DNA of 38,925 nucleotides from an uncultured bacterium (GTDB lineage: Bacteria; Hydrogenedentota; Hydrogenedentia; Hydrogenedentales; JAEUWI01). A model generated the notes under the pieces. The model was not told where the DNA came from and did not search any database. It was given only the letters and a program-made list of their open reading frames with translations. The translations under genes were made by a program, and so were the position numbers. Of the stretch, positions 1 through 9,402 are shown in pieces. The DNA lies in NCBI GenBank assembly GCA_963977445.1, contig CAXBPH010000029.1, forward strand, positions 1-38,925, in the 5' to 3' direction. Position 1 is the first letter of the stretch. Each line of letters starts with the position of its first letter.

Positions 1-152
1 TAAATGTGCCCGAGGCGACGCCGGTCTGGAAAGCCTGCCTCACCTGGCCGCGCCCACCGAAGCGGGACGCTGCGTCTTTGTTTATTCTACCATGAAGTGG
101 GACTTGTGTTTCAGTCCGATCCTTCTTCTAACAAGACGCAACCGTACGGGAT

Positions 153-1742
153 TTATTCACCACCCTCTTCGGGTTCGGCCGCCATTTCGGTTGCATCGGG
201 GTCCCAACCGCCACCCAGCGACTTGTAGAGGGACACCAGGTTGGCCAGTACCAGACTCTCACTCTGCACGAGTTGATCTTCTGTCGTGAAGAGATCCCGT
301 TGGGCTTGCAGGGCATTCAGGAAGCCTTCCAGCCCCCGATTGTAGCGCTCGTTGGCCAAGTGAACCGCCCGCTGATTGGCGGCCACCGCACGCTCGAGGG
401 TGCCGCGATAGACCTGCTCTTTATTGAAGGCCACCAGCGACGTCTCCACATCGGCAAGGGCCTGCATGATGGTTTGCTCATAGCGGATGGTCGCTTCTTC
501 CTGGCGGGCATTTTGTATATCGATATTCGCACGAATGCGGCCGCCCTGGAAGATTGGCCAGTTTACACTGGGGCCAATACTGCCCAGCAAGTTGCCCCCT
601 TCCACGAGGTTACCCAAAACGCTGCTCTGGGTAGACACCCCGCCCGTAAGAAAGAATTTGGGGTAGAGATCGGCCATGGCTACGCCAATACGGGCATTTT
701 GCGCCGCAAGTTCACGCTCCGCAATCCGGATGTCGGGACGTCGGCGAAGCAATTCGGTCGGCATGCCAACGGGGACGCTTTTCGGGGCGGTGGGCAGGGG
801 CGCCGGGGGTTCGAGTTCGGCCAACAACATGCCTGGCTCTCCGCCGAGGAGTACACCAAGGCGGTAAATGGAACTGGCGGCCTGCTGCTCCAGGAGGGGC
901 AACTGACCCTGGAAATTGGCCAGCAATGCTGTAGCCCGCACCGCGTCGAGTTCACTGCTGATACCTGCGTCGAAACGGGCCTGGGTAAGATGCACGGTTT
1001 CGGTCTGGGCTTCAATATTACGCTGGGTAATCCTGAGCCGTTGCTGTGAGGCGCGGAGGTCGATGTAATTCAGGGCTACTTCGGCCACCAGCGAAACCAT
1101 GACGTGTCGCTCGGACTCAATTACGGCCTGCAGGTCGGCATCGGCCGCTTCTACCTCACGACGGTTGCCGCCAAAGATATCCAACTCCCACGACGCGTCA
1201 AAACCGGATTGAAACAGGTTCGATGTGCGGCTTGGGGCACCACCAGAAGGACTGATGATCAGCCCGGTTGTGCCACCGGCACCGTTGCCGGTATGGGAGA
1301 TGGTGGCATTGTCGCCCCGCACCGTAATGGTGCGGGAGAGGCCACCGGGGCCCACACTGATCCCGCCGGAAATGGGGGAACCCGAATCGAAATTCTGTTT
1401 CGGTCCCCGGCTCCGTGTTGCGGAGGCGTCAACGCCGACGGAGGGCAGTAGACTGGAGGCCGCGATACCACGGGCGGCCCGGGCCTGGCGGACCCGAACG
1501 CCTGCGATGCGCAAATCGAAATTGCTGGCCAGCGATTTTTGAATCAACCCATCGAGGACGGGGTCATTCAACTGCTGCCACCACGCGGCGACGTCTGTTT
1601 CGGCCGTAGTGACACCGGCGCTTTTCTCTGAGACCCAGTCGTCGGGTGTCGTGATGTCAGGGCGAGCATAGTCAGGTCCGGTCATACACCCGGAAATTAA
1701 TATGCAGACCAGTAAAAGTGAAGCTGGTAGACGTATCATCAT
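153..1742 (-). CDS. RND efflux outer-membrane lipoprotein (NodT/OprM/TolC family)
   Basis: Lipobox LISGC; OprM-like motifs WWQQLNDPVL, ASWELDIFG, RRPDIRIAER, LYKSLGGGW; start overlaps the permease stop (ATGA). Confidence 0.95.
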   Translation of the reverse strand: MMIRLPASLLLVCILISGCMTGPDYARPDITTPDDWVSEKSAGVTTAETDVAAWWQQLNDPVLDGLIQKSLASNFDLRIAGVRVRQARAARGIAASSLLPSVGVDASATRSRGPKQNFDSGSPISGGISVGPGGLSRTITVRGDNATISHTGNGAGGTTGLIISPSGGAPSRTSNLFQSGFDASWELDIFGGNRREVEAADADLQAVIESERHVMVSLVAEVALNYIDLRASQQRLRITQRNIEAQTETVHLTQARFDAGISSELDAVRATALLANFQGQLPLLEQQAASSIYRLGVLLGGEPGMLLAELEPPAPLPTAPKSVPVGMPTELLRRRPDIRIAERELAAQNARIGVAMADLYPKFFLTGGVSTQSSVLGNLVEGGNLLGSIGPSVNWPIFQGGRIRANIDIQNARQEEATIRYEQTIMQALADVETSLVAFNKEQVYRGTLERAVAANQRAVHLANERYNRGLEGFLNALQAQRDLFTTEDQLVQSESLVLANLVSLYKSLGGGWDPDATEMAAEPEEGGE

Positions 1743-4700
1743 TCAGTCTCCGTCGCCGGTTTGGGATCGGCGCTCGGTTTGGATTCAATCTTTTCGGCAG
1801 GGGCCGCTTTACGTCGGAAGATAAACTCCGTAATCTGTTGGATAATCACGAAGAACAGGGGAACGAAAACAATGGCCAGGAAGGTGGCCGCAATGATGCC
1901 ACCGAGGATGCCCGTGCCGATAGAGCGCCGCCCTGCCGCACCGGCACCGGAGCTGATGGCCAGGGGCAACACACCCAGGGTAAAGGCGAGGGAGGTCATG
2001 AGGATAGGCCGTAACCGCAAACGTGCGGCTTCCATGGCGGACTCGACCAACCCCTTGCCTTCTTCGTGCTGTGATGCGGCGAATTCTACCAGCAGGATAG
2101 CATTTTTTGCCGCCAGGCCGATGAGCGTCAGCAAACCGATCTGGAAGTAGATATCCTGGGGCATGCCCAACACATAGACGGCCGTGATGGCGCCGAAGAG
2201 CCCAAAGGGAACGGCGAGCAATACCGCCAGGGGCAAGGACCATTTTTCATACTGAGCAGCGAGAACCAGGAAGACCAGTACCAGACCGAAGGCCAATACG
2301 TAGGGGGCCTGATTGCCCGCTTCCACTTCCTGGTAGGAAGCGCCACTCCACTCAAAACCGTAACCCGCAGGCAGGGTCTCGGCGGCGATGGCCTGAATGC
2401 GCTCGATGGTATCACCCGTGCTGTAACCTGGCGAAGGTGCGCCCGAGATCTGCACGCTCGGATAACTGTTGAACCGTGTCACCACGTTGGGGCCTGCCTG
2501 GAACTTCAAATCAAGCACGCCGGAAAGCTCCACCATGTCGCCCTGATCATTCCGGGCATAGACGCGACGGATATCGTCGGGGTGCTGGCGGAATTCCGGC
2601 TCGGCCTGAACTTGCACGCGGTAGATACGGCCAAACTTGGTGAAGTCATTTACATAGAGGGCACCGAGATAGGCCTGCAGGCTGTCGAAGATTTCGTTCA
2701 TCGGCAGGCCCATAGCTTTCGCACGGGTGCGGTCCACGTCGACATACACCTGGGGCTGTGCGATGTTAAGCACGGCATTCAGATTTTCCATGGCCGGGTC
2801 GGCCTCGATGGCGGCCATGAATTCCTGGGAAACCTCGGCAAGCTTTCGGATATCGCTGATGCCGCGGCTTTCCAGCTGGACTTCGAAACCGGCACGGGCA
2901 CCCAGACCACGAATAGCCGGGGGATTCAACGCCAGAATCAAGGCATCTTTGCTGCCGCCGAAGCGCCCGAACATGCGGCCCACGATATTGTTTACGTGAT
3001 GTTCTTCACCGGGCCGGTCAGCCCAGTTCTTGAGATTGACGAACATAACCGCACCATTGGTGCTGGGCACGAAGCCCGCCAGGAAGTCCATCCCGACGAG
3101 ACCAACCATGTGCTCGACTTCGGGCTGTTCTTTCAGGAACGATTCGATTTCCTTCACCACGGCTTCGGTGCGATCCAGGGCGGCACCCTGGGGCAGCTGT
3201 ACGGCCACGATGAAGTAGCCCTGATCTTCCTGGGGAACGAAGCCACCCGGAACCTGACCGAAGAGGGTATAGGCGGCAAATATGATGCCGGCAAAAATGA
3301 GCAGCGTCAGATAGCGCAGCTTGATGGCCAGGCCCACCGTGCGGACGTAGGCGCGGTTGCCCTTGTTGAAGAACCAGTCGAAAGCCCGGAAAGGCGCCCA
3401 CTTTTCGTGGTTGGCCTGAAGCATGATACGACACAGGGCCGGGCTCAGCGTCAGGGCCACGATGCCGGAAATGGTAACGGAAACGGCAATGGTAATGGCA
3501 AATTGGCGGTACATCACACCGGTGAGTCCACCGAGGAAAGCCACGGGCAGGAATACGGCCAGCAGCACCAACACACTGGCAATAACGGCACCAAAAATCT
3601 GTTCGGTAGCTTTGATGGTCGCGTCGCGCCGTGAGATGTTTTTGTCTTCGTGCATTACACGTTCGACGTTTTCAACCACCAGGATGGCGTCGTCCACCAC
3701 AATACCAATGGCCAAAACCAGCCCGAAGAGGGTCAGTGTATTAATGGAGAAGCCGAAGGCCATCATGCCGAGGAAGGTACCAATGATGGATACCGGCACT
3801 GCCAGCAGGGGAATCAAGGTGGCCCGCCAGCTTCCCAGGAAGACAAACACCACCAATACCACGAGGAGGGCGGCTTCCAACAGGGTCTTGATTACTTCGT
3901 GAATGGACGCATCGATGAATCGGGTCGTGTCAAAGGGAATGTCGTAGGTCATACCCTCTGGAAAACCCTTTTCAAGGACCAGCAGCTCTTCCTTAACACC
4001 AACAAAGGTGGAGAGGGCATTCGCGCCGGGCTGGAGGTAGACGAGAATCGGTACCGTCGGCTTGCCGTTGTATCGTCCGAAGGAGTCATAGCTCAGCGAA
4101 GCCAGTTCAACCCGGGCGACATCGCCCAGGCGAAGAATCGAGCCATCGGGTTCGGCGCGAAGGATGATTTCTTCGTAGTCCTCCGGTTCCGAAAGTCGGC
4201 CTTCGGTAATGACGGGAATGGTGAAGGCAACCTCCCCGTTATTGGGTGCCGCGCCGATACGACCCGCAGCAAACAGGGCATTCTGTTCGCGGATTGAGTT
4301 GGCTACGTCGCTGATGGTTAAGCCCTTGGCAGCCAGCTGGTTGGGGTTCAACCAGACGCGCATGGAATAGTCTTTGCCACCGAATACCGTCACATCACCC
4401 ACACCGGGTACCCGTTTGAGGGCATCCAGCAGATAGATTGTGGCGTAGTTACTGAGATAAAGATCGTCGAACTTACCGTCTTCAGCACTCAACGCCACCA
4501 CGCCGAGGATGTTGTTGGAACGTTTGTTAACGGAGATACCCTGGCGGGTCACTTCCTGGGGCAGGCGGGGCTCGGCGCGCTTCAGGCGGTTCTGCACTTC
4601 CACCGCAGCGATATCCAGGTTTGCACCGATTTCAAAGGTACAAACAATCGTGAGCTGACCATTGTTGGTGGTGGTGGATTGGTAGTAGAGGAGGTGCTCG

Positions 4701-4918
4701 ATACCGCTGAGCTCCTGCTCGATGGGTGTGGCGATGGATTCCGCCACGGTTGAGGCATCGGCACCGGGGTAGTTTGTCTGAATCACGACCGTGGGTGGCG
4801 CGATTTCCGGGGATTGCTCCACCGGGAGGAAGAGGATAGATACACCGCCACACAGGGTGATAACGATGGATATAACCGCAGCGAATACGGGTCGGTCAAT
4901 AAAGAATCGGGCTAGCAT
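1739..4918 (-). CDS. RND efflux permease subunit (AcrB/MexB, HAE1 family)
   Basis: 1059 aa; MLARFFIDRPVFA start; proton-relay motifs IVVDDAILVVENV, AKNAIL, RLRPILMTS. Confidence 0.97.
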   Translation of the reverse strand: MLARFFIDRPVFAAVISIVITLCGGVSILFLPVEQSPEIAPPTVVIQTNYPGADASTVAESIATPIEQELSGIEHLLYYQSTTTNNGQLTIVCTFEIGANLDIAAVEVQNRLKRAEPRLPQEVTRQGISVNKRSNNILGVVALSAEDGKFDDLYLSNYATIYLLDALKRVPGVGDVTVFGGKDYSMRVWLNPNQLAAKGLTISDVANSIREQNALFAAGRIGAAPNNGEVAFTIPVITEGRLSEPEDYEEIILRAEPDGSILRLGDVARVELASLSYDSFGRYNGKPTVPILVYLQPGANALSTFVGVKEELLVLEKGFPEGMTYDIPFDTTRFIDASIHEVIKTLLEAALLVVLVVFVFLGSWRATLIPLLAVPVSIIGTFLGMMAFGFSINTLTLFGLVLAIGIVVDDAILVVENVERVMHEDKNISRRDATIKATEQIFGAVIASVLVLLAVFLPVAFLGGLTGVMYRQFAITIAVSVTISGIVALTLSPALCRIMLQANHEKWAPFRAFDWFFNKGNRAYVRTVGLAIKLRYLTLLIFAGIIFAAYTLFGQVPGGFVPQEDQGYFIVAVQLPQGAALDRTEAVVKEIESFLKEQPEVEHMVGLVGMDFLAGFVPSTNGAVMFVNLKNWADRPGEEHHVNNIVGRMFGRFGGSKDALILALNPPAIRGLGARAGFEVQLESRGISDIRKLAEVSQEFMAAIEADPAMENLNAVLNIAQPQVYVDVDRTRAKAMGLPMNEIFDSLQAYLGALYVNDFTKFGRIYRVQVQAEPEFRQHPDDIRRVYARNDQGDMVELSGVLDLKFQAGPNVVTRFNSYPSVQISGAPSPGYSTGDTIERIQAIAAETLPAGYGFEWSGASYQEVEAGNQAPYVLAFGLVLVFLVLAAQYEKWSLPLAVLLAVPFGLFGAITAVYVLGMPQDIYFQIGLLTLIGLAAKNAILLVEFAASQHEEGKGLVESAMEAARLRLRPILMTSLAFTLGVLPLAISSGAGAAGRRSIGTGILGGIIAATFLAIVFVPLFFVIIQQITEFIFRRKAAPAEKIESKPSADPKPATETE

Positions 4919-4926
4919 CGTGTTTC

Positions 4927-6075
4927 CTACTCCGCGTTCGCGGCTTCGGGCTGCTGCTCGAGGGGCGTAGGCACAACGGTGATGCCCGGTTGGACTTTAA
5001 TCAGACCGTCTACAACGACCTTTTCACCTGCCTCCAGGCCCGACTCGATAATCCAGTCGGAACCGCTCCAATCGCCGGGTTTGATGATGCGCAATTCCGC
5101 TGTGTTGTCGTCTTTGATGACATAGACATAGGCACCCTGGGGAGATTCACTCACGGCACGCTGTGGTATCGCGATCGTCCCCGGCCGGATATAGCCGCGC
5201 ATGTGGGCCCGCACGAATTGGCCAGGCTTCAGGTGGTTATTGATATTGTCAAAGGTGGCCCGCATTTCAACCGACCCCGTGGCCGTGTCGATGGCGGTAT
5301 TCTCGAAATCGATCTTACCCTGGGGCGGATATTCTGTGCCGTCCAACAGGGTGATCTCGAGGTAGGGGTTGTTGTTGCCATCGAGTTGATAGCCCCCTTC
5401 CGCCGCCAGCTTGCGCCAGTTCAGATAATCCCGTTCCGTCATCTGGTGGCTTACATAGATGGGATCGATCTGGAGCATGGTCGTGAGAAGTCCATTGCTG
5501 CCTTCGTCTACGAGACTGCCGATTTCCTTCTGCGTCTTGCCTACATAGCCATTGAGGGGGGCCTCAATGCGGGTGTAGCCCAATTCAAGCTCGGCTTTGG
5601 CCAATTCCGCTTTGGCCAGGTTGAGCGCAGCCGATGCATTGGTCCGCTCCGCAACCTGTTTATCCAGGTCACTCATGGCAATGGCACCCGGCACCTTAAC
5701 CGATTCCATACGGTTGACTTCCTTTTCCGCGAGGGAGAGGGCGGCCTGTGCCTGGGCCACGCGGGCTTTGGCTATCTGGAGGTCCGCTTCGAAGGGGCGG
5801 GGGTCGATAAGGTAGAGCAACGTACCCTGTTCGACAAGCGCCCCTTCCTGGAAATCACGGGATTCCAGAAAGCCCCGAACCCGGGAGCGCACTTCCACCA
5901 TCTTGGAGGCTTCGGTGACACCCACAAAATCAAAGGATACGGGTACGCTTTTGGGCGTAATCGTTACGAAACTTACTTCGGGTGGTGGGGGGGCAGGTGG
6001 CTGCGCATTACTTAAGTTGCTTGCCAGTACACATAGCAACAGTGCCATGGAGAATTGACGTGGATTGAGGGACAT
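4927..6075 (-). CDS. RND efflux periplasmic adaptor (membrane fusion protein)
   Basis: Signal peptide; VEVRSRVRG, LYLIDPRPFEA, YTRIEAPLNG, LKPGQFVR, GLEAGEKVVVDG. Confidence 0.95.
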   Translation of the reverse strand: MSLNPRQFSMALLLCVLASNLSNAQPPAPPPPEVSFVTITPKSVPVSFDFVGVTEASKMVEVRSRVRGFLESRDFQEGALVEQGTLLYLIDPRPFEADLQIAKARVAQAQAALSLAEKEVNRMESVKVPGAIAMSDLDKQVAERTNASAALNLAKAELAKAELELGYTRIEAPLNGYVGKTQKEIGSLVDEGSNGLLTTMLQIDPIYVSHQMTERDYLNWRKLAAEGGYQLDGNNNPYLEITLLDGTEYPPQGKIDFENTAIDTATGSVEMRATFDNINNHLKPGQFVRAHMRGYIRPGTIAIPQRAVSESPQGAYVYVIKDDNTAELRIIKPGDWSGSDWIIESGLEAGEKVVVDGLIKVQPGITVVPTPLEQQPEAANAE

Positions 6076-6237
6076 ATAGGGGCCTTTCCAAACCGAGGGA
6101 CTTACTCGTCAGACGGGGACGATACACCTCGGGCGTGATGGGGGTTTCAATCTAAAAAGGGACTATGCGTATTTCCGTCGTTTGGATACGCGCGTCAATC
6201 GCCCGTACCCGTTTGCTACCCCGACGGTTTGCCTGTT

Positions 6238-6792
6238 CTAAACGGGAGTGTGTGCCAGCTTTCCAGCCATCGAAAGCATAGCCTCCACCAGTGCCGCTCT
6301 TCGTTCTTCCGAGAAAGGAGAGACGTTGAGCGTCTCCATCAACATGAGACCATCTGCTGCCAGAAGCAGTATGGCGGCTTCATCTTCATCTACGTCCAAA
6401 GACCTGAGTTCTGCAAAACGGGTCTCGTGAAACGAGCGAATGGGTTCCTTCAGATCAGGACAATTCGCCAATGCTGAAATGAGGGCGGCACAAAGCTGCG
6501 GGTCGCGGTCGTTGTCCAACAGGCAGGATTCCACATCCGCCTTCAACACCGCTTCCGGATCAACTTCGGTTTCGGTCCATCGTTCAGCACGCTTTTCGGC
6601 GGCACGCGCCATCAATCGGGCGACCAACGTCTGTAGTAACGCATCCTTCGTGGGAAAGTGATATAAAAGTCCACCCTTACTGACCTGAGCTTGCTCCGCA
6701 ACTGAATCTAAAGTCAGGCGCCAGGCACCTTGCTCGGTTAACACGACTTCCGCCGCATCGAGCATAGCATCTTTTCCACTGGGACGAGCCAT
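6238..6792 (-). CDS. TetR/AcrR family transcriptional regulator
   Basis: HTH LTLDSVAEQAQVSKGGLLYHFPTKDALL; AAGGAG RBS; first gene of the efflux operon. Confidence 0.95.
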   Translation of the reverse strand: MARPSGKDAMLDAAEVVLTEQGAWRLTLDSVAEQAQVSKGGLLYHFPTKDALLQTLVARLMARAAEKRAERWTETEVDPEAVLKADVESCLLDNDRDPQLCAALISALANCPDLKEPIRSFHETRFAELRSLDVDEDEAAILLLAADGLMLMETLNVSPFSEERRAALVEAMLSMAGKLAHTPV

Positions 6793-6812
6793 TTTTACTC
6801 TCCTTACAGAAC

Positions 6813-6863
6813 GTTACTAAACCGTCCAGACGGTATAGTAACACCGATTCAACGACGTGTCAA
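6813..6863 (-). promoter_or_regulatory. Sigma70 promoter of the tetR-efflux operon with overlapping palindromic operator
   Basis: On the minus strand TTGACA (6863-6858), 17 bp, then TACTAT (6840-6835) with TGn extension; inverted repeat GTTACTAAACCGTC-CA-GACGGTATAGTAAC (6813-6842, one mismatch) covers the -10 and +1. Confidence 0.85.
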
Positions 6864-7215
6864 GTAAGTTTGCAAGATTTGTTGTTGTAAACAGTCAAGT
6901 GGGGAAATGGTGCCACGCACGCCAGGATTTTGACCTACCTCAATGTTTGACAGCGGATTGAGCAGCGAAGTCTCGGAGGGTCTTTTAAAACTGCTCACTG
7001 GAAGGCAAGGCGACGATGGGGTGGCACGGACAAGTCTGCAAGACTTGCCCGTGGATGTTCTAATAATAGCACGAAACAGATACATGCATCGCGATACAGA
7101 TAAGAACGACTGCACTGCTTTCCCGACAAGCATGTCCACAGTGCGCTGAATCGGAATCCTGTTTCCATGAGAACAAGCCGCCGCGATTCCAGATCGACGT
7201 CCCCTCGCCCTTCGT

Positions 7216-8088
7216 CTACCGTCCTGCGGCCCGCTCCTGAAGCATGGTCACAAAGGCCCGTTGCGCTTTCGATTGATAGGCCCCGCGACGCCAGATAGCC
7301 CCCAGGGTCACCTCGGGTAATCCCGTCATGGGAATGGACTGAACCGGGTCATCCGGGCGAACGACCATCTCAGGAAGCAGTGAAATACCAACACCCTCCG
7401 ACACAAACCGCTTAATAACCTCGAAGCTTCCACTATCCACCACTACCTGGGGTGTGAAATGGTATTCGGCAAAAAAGCGACGCAGCATGGCTCCGGTTCG
7501 GGTCGCCTCTTCGAGCAAGACAAAGTGCTCGCCCGCCAAGGCCTCGAGGGACAAGCGCCTTTTAGTCGCCAGGGGATGACTCCGGGGCACCACCACGACA
7601 AAGCGCTGGCGGAACAAGGCGACCTCCTCCAGATCGGCCATTTCCGTCGGCAGGGTCACGATTCCCAGATCCAGGGTGCCATCGAGCACCTGCTCGACGA
7701 TAGCTCCTGAGTTTCGATTCACCAGCACGACCCGGGTCTCCGGCATACGGCTGGAAAATTCATGGACCAAGGGCGGCAGGACATAGAGGGCGGTGGTGTC
7801 GCTCGTGCCCACCCGGAGCTCCCGATTGGCCACCGAGGCAAAGTCGGCTACCTCATGGCTGAGGCTTTCCACCGATTGGAGAATTTCCGTTCCCTGGGCG
7901 TAGATGAGTTCACCCACGGGAGTAGGGCGACCGGTCTTGCGCTCAACCAGGCTGTGGCCTACTTCTCGTTCCAGCGATTTGAGCTGCTGACTGATGGCCG
8001 GCTGGGAACGATGGAGCCGTTCCGCCGCCGCGCGGAAGCTTCGGGTTTCGATGATGGCGCACAGACAGCGCAGGGCTTCAAGGGTCAT
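7216..8088 (-). CDS. LysR-type transcriptional regulator
   Basis: HTH SFRAAAERLHRSQPAISQQLKSLE; effector-binding domain motifs (LDLGIV, GVGISLLP); GGGAGG RBS before ATG 8088. Confidence 0.95.
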   Translation of the reverse strand: MTLEALRCLCAIIETRSFRAAAERLHRSQPAISQQLKSLEREVGHSLVERKTGRPTPVGELIYAQGTEILQSVESLSHEVADFASVANRELRVGTSDTTALYVLPPLVHEFSSRMPETRVVLVNRNSGAIVEQVLDGTLDLGIVTLPTEMADLEEVALFRQRFVVVVPRSHPLATKRRLSLEALAGEHFVLLEEATRTGAMLRRFFAEYHFTPQVVVDSGSFEVIKRFVSEGVGISLLPEMVVRPDDPVQSIPMTGLPEVTLGAIWRRGAYQSKAQRAFVTMLQERAAGR

Positions 8089-8142
8089 GGCCCCTCCCAT
8101 TGTAAATTCGAATGTGACGTCACTTGAATATGATGCCAGAGC

Positions 8143-8216
8143 GAAAGCGATAAGGCATGCTTATCGCTTTCATTATATCATTTCATTGGACTTATTCCAC
8201 CATCCCCCCGTATGCT
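8143..8216. promoter_or_regulatory. LysR binding site and divergent lysR/purM promoters
   Basis: Perfect 12-bp-arm palindrome GAAAGCGATAAG-N5-CTTATCGCTTTC (8143-8171) containing T-N11-A; minus-strand TGaTATAAT (8180-8172); plus-strand TGGACT (8187-8192) and TATGCT (8211-8216). Confidence 0.75.
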
Positions 8217-8340
8217 TACGTAATGCGCCTGGACTGCGGCGTGGGAGGTCGGCTGCGCGAACCTCTGGAACTATCCAACGAAACAATGGCGTAGGTGTGC
8301 TCTGGTACCCTGCGTTTTTCTACCACCAAAGGAAACCACG

Positions 8341-9402
8341 ATGACCGAAGAACATTCGGGGTTGAGTTACCGCGATGCCGGTGTCGATATTGACGCCGCA
8401 AACGTTGCTATGAAAACGGTGAAGAAACTCGTTAAGCGAACCTTCACGGCAGGGGTTCTGCAGGATATCGGTAGCTTCGGGGCCATGTTCAGCCTGGATA
8501 CCCAGGGCATGACCGAGCCGGTGCTGGTTTCCAGTGTAGACGGCGTGGGCACGAAGCTGAAGCTCGCCTTTATGTCGGGCAAGCACACGTCCATTGGCAT
8601 CGACATTGTTTCCCACTGCGTCAATGACATTCTGGTGCAGGGTGCTCGCCCTTTGTTTTTCCTCGACTATCTTGCTGTGGGTAAGTTGGAGCCCCAGGTG
8701 GTGGTGGATGTGGTGAAGGGCCTGACCGATGGCTGTCTCTATGCCGGGTGTGCCCTGATTGGTGGCGAGACGGCGGAAATGCCCGATATGTATCAGCCCG
8801 GCGAATATGACTTGGCGGGTACGATCGTGGGTGTGGTGGATCGCAGTAAGATCGTCGATGGTTCTAAAATTGTTGCCGGTGACGTGCTTATTGGTATTCC
8901 CTCTTCGGGACTGCACACCAATGGCTACAGCCTGGCCCGTAAAATCTGTTTTGAAGTGGCAGGGCTCGATATTAACGACGAACTTCCCGGTGTGGGTCGT
9001 TCGGTGGCCGACGCGTTGCTGGAGCCCCACCTGAGTTATGCCAAGCTCATGCAGATCGTGATGAAGGTCGTCAACGTGAAGGGCATGGCCCACATCACGG
9101 GCGGTGGCATTACGGACAACCTGCCTCGCGTACTGCCCGACGGCTTATCCGCAGAGATCGACCTGCAAAGCTGGGTCGTTCCGCCCCTGTTCAAGTTTCT
9201 TCAGGAAACGGGCAATGTAGCCCAATTCGAAATGCTGCGCACCTTCAACATGGGACAGGGCTTCCTGTTTGCCGTGTCCCGCGAGCAGGCCGACAAGGCC
9301 CTGGAGACGGTAAACCTCACGGGCACCGACGCCTATCGTGTTGGCGAAGTCATCGAAGGTGATGGCCAGATCCACTACAAGGGAACGCTGAACTATGGCT
9401 AA
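8341..9402 (+). CDS. purM: Phosphoribosylformylglycinamidine cyclo-ligase (AIR synthetase)
   Basis: YRDAGVDI, DGVGTKL, GGETAEMP, SSGLHTNGYSL, HITGGG, RTFNMG. Confidence 0.98.
   Translation: MTEEHSGLSYRDAGVDIDAANVAMKTVKKLVKRTFTAGVLQDIGSFGAMFSLDTQGMTEPVLVSSVDGVGTKLKLAFMSGKHTSIGIDIVSHCVNDILVQGARPLFFLDYLAVGKLEPQVVVDVVKGLTDGCLYAGCALIGGETAEMPDMYQPGEYDLAGTIVGVVDRSKIVDGSKIVAGDVLIGIPSSGLHTNGYSLARKICFEVAGLDINDELPGVGRSVADALLEPHLSYAKLMQIVMKVVNVKGMAHITGGGITDNLPRVLPDGLSAEIDLQSWVVPPLFKFLQETGNVAQFEMLRTFNMGQGFLFAVSREQADKALETVNLTGTDAYRVGEVIEGDGQIHYKGTLNYG

Noticed and set aside
6849..7149. Small ORFs between tetR and lysR
   Set aside because: No convincing RBS or motifs; one overlaps the tetR promoter
8310..8330. 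TTTCTACC resembling the purine riboswitch junction upstream of purM
   Set aside because: The flanking P2/P3 stems and conserved loop sequences are absent
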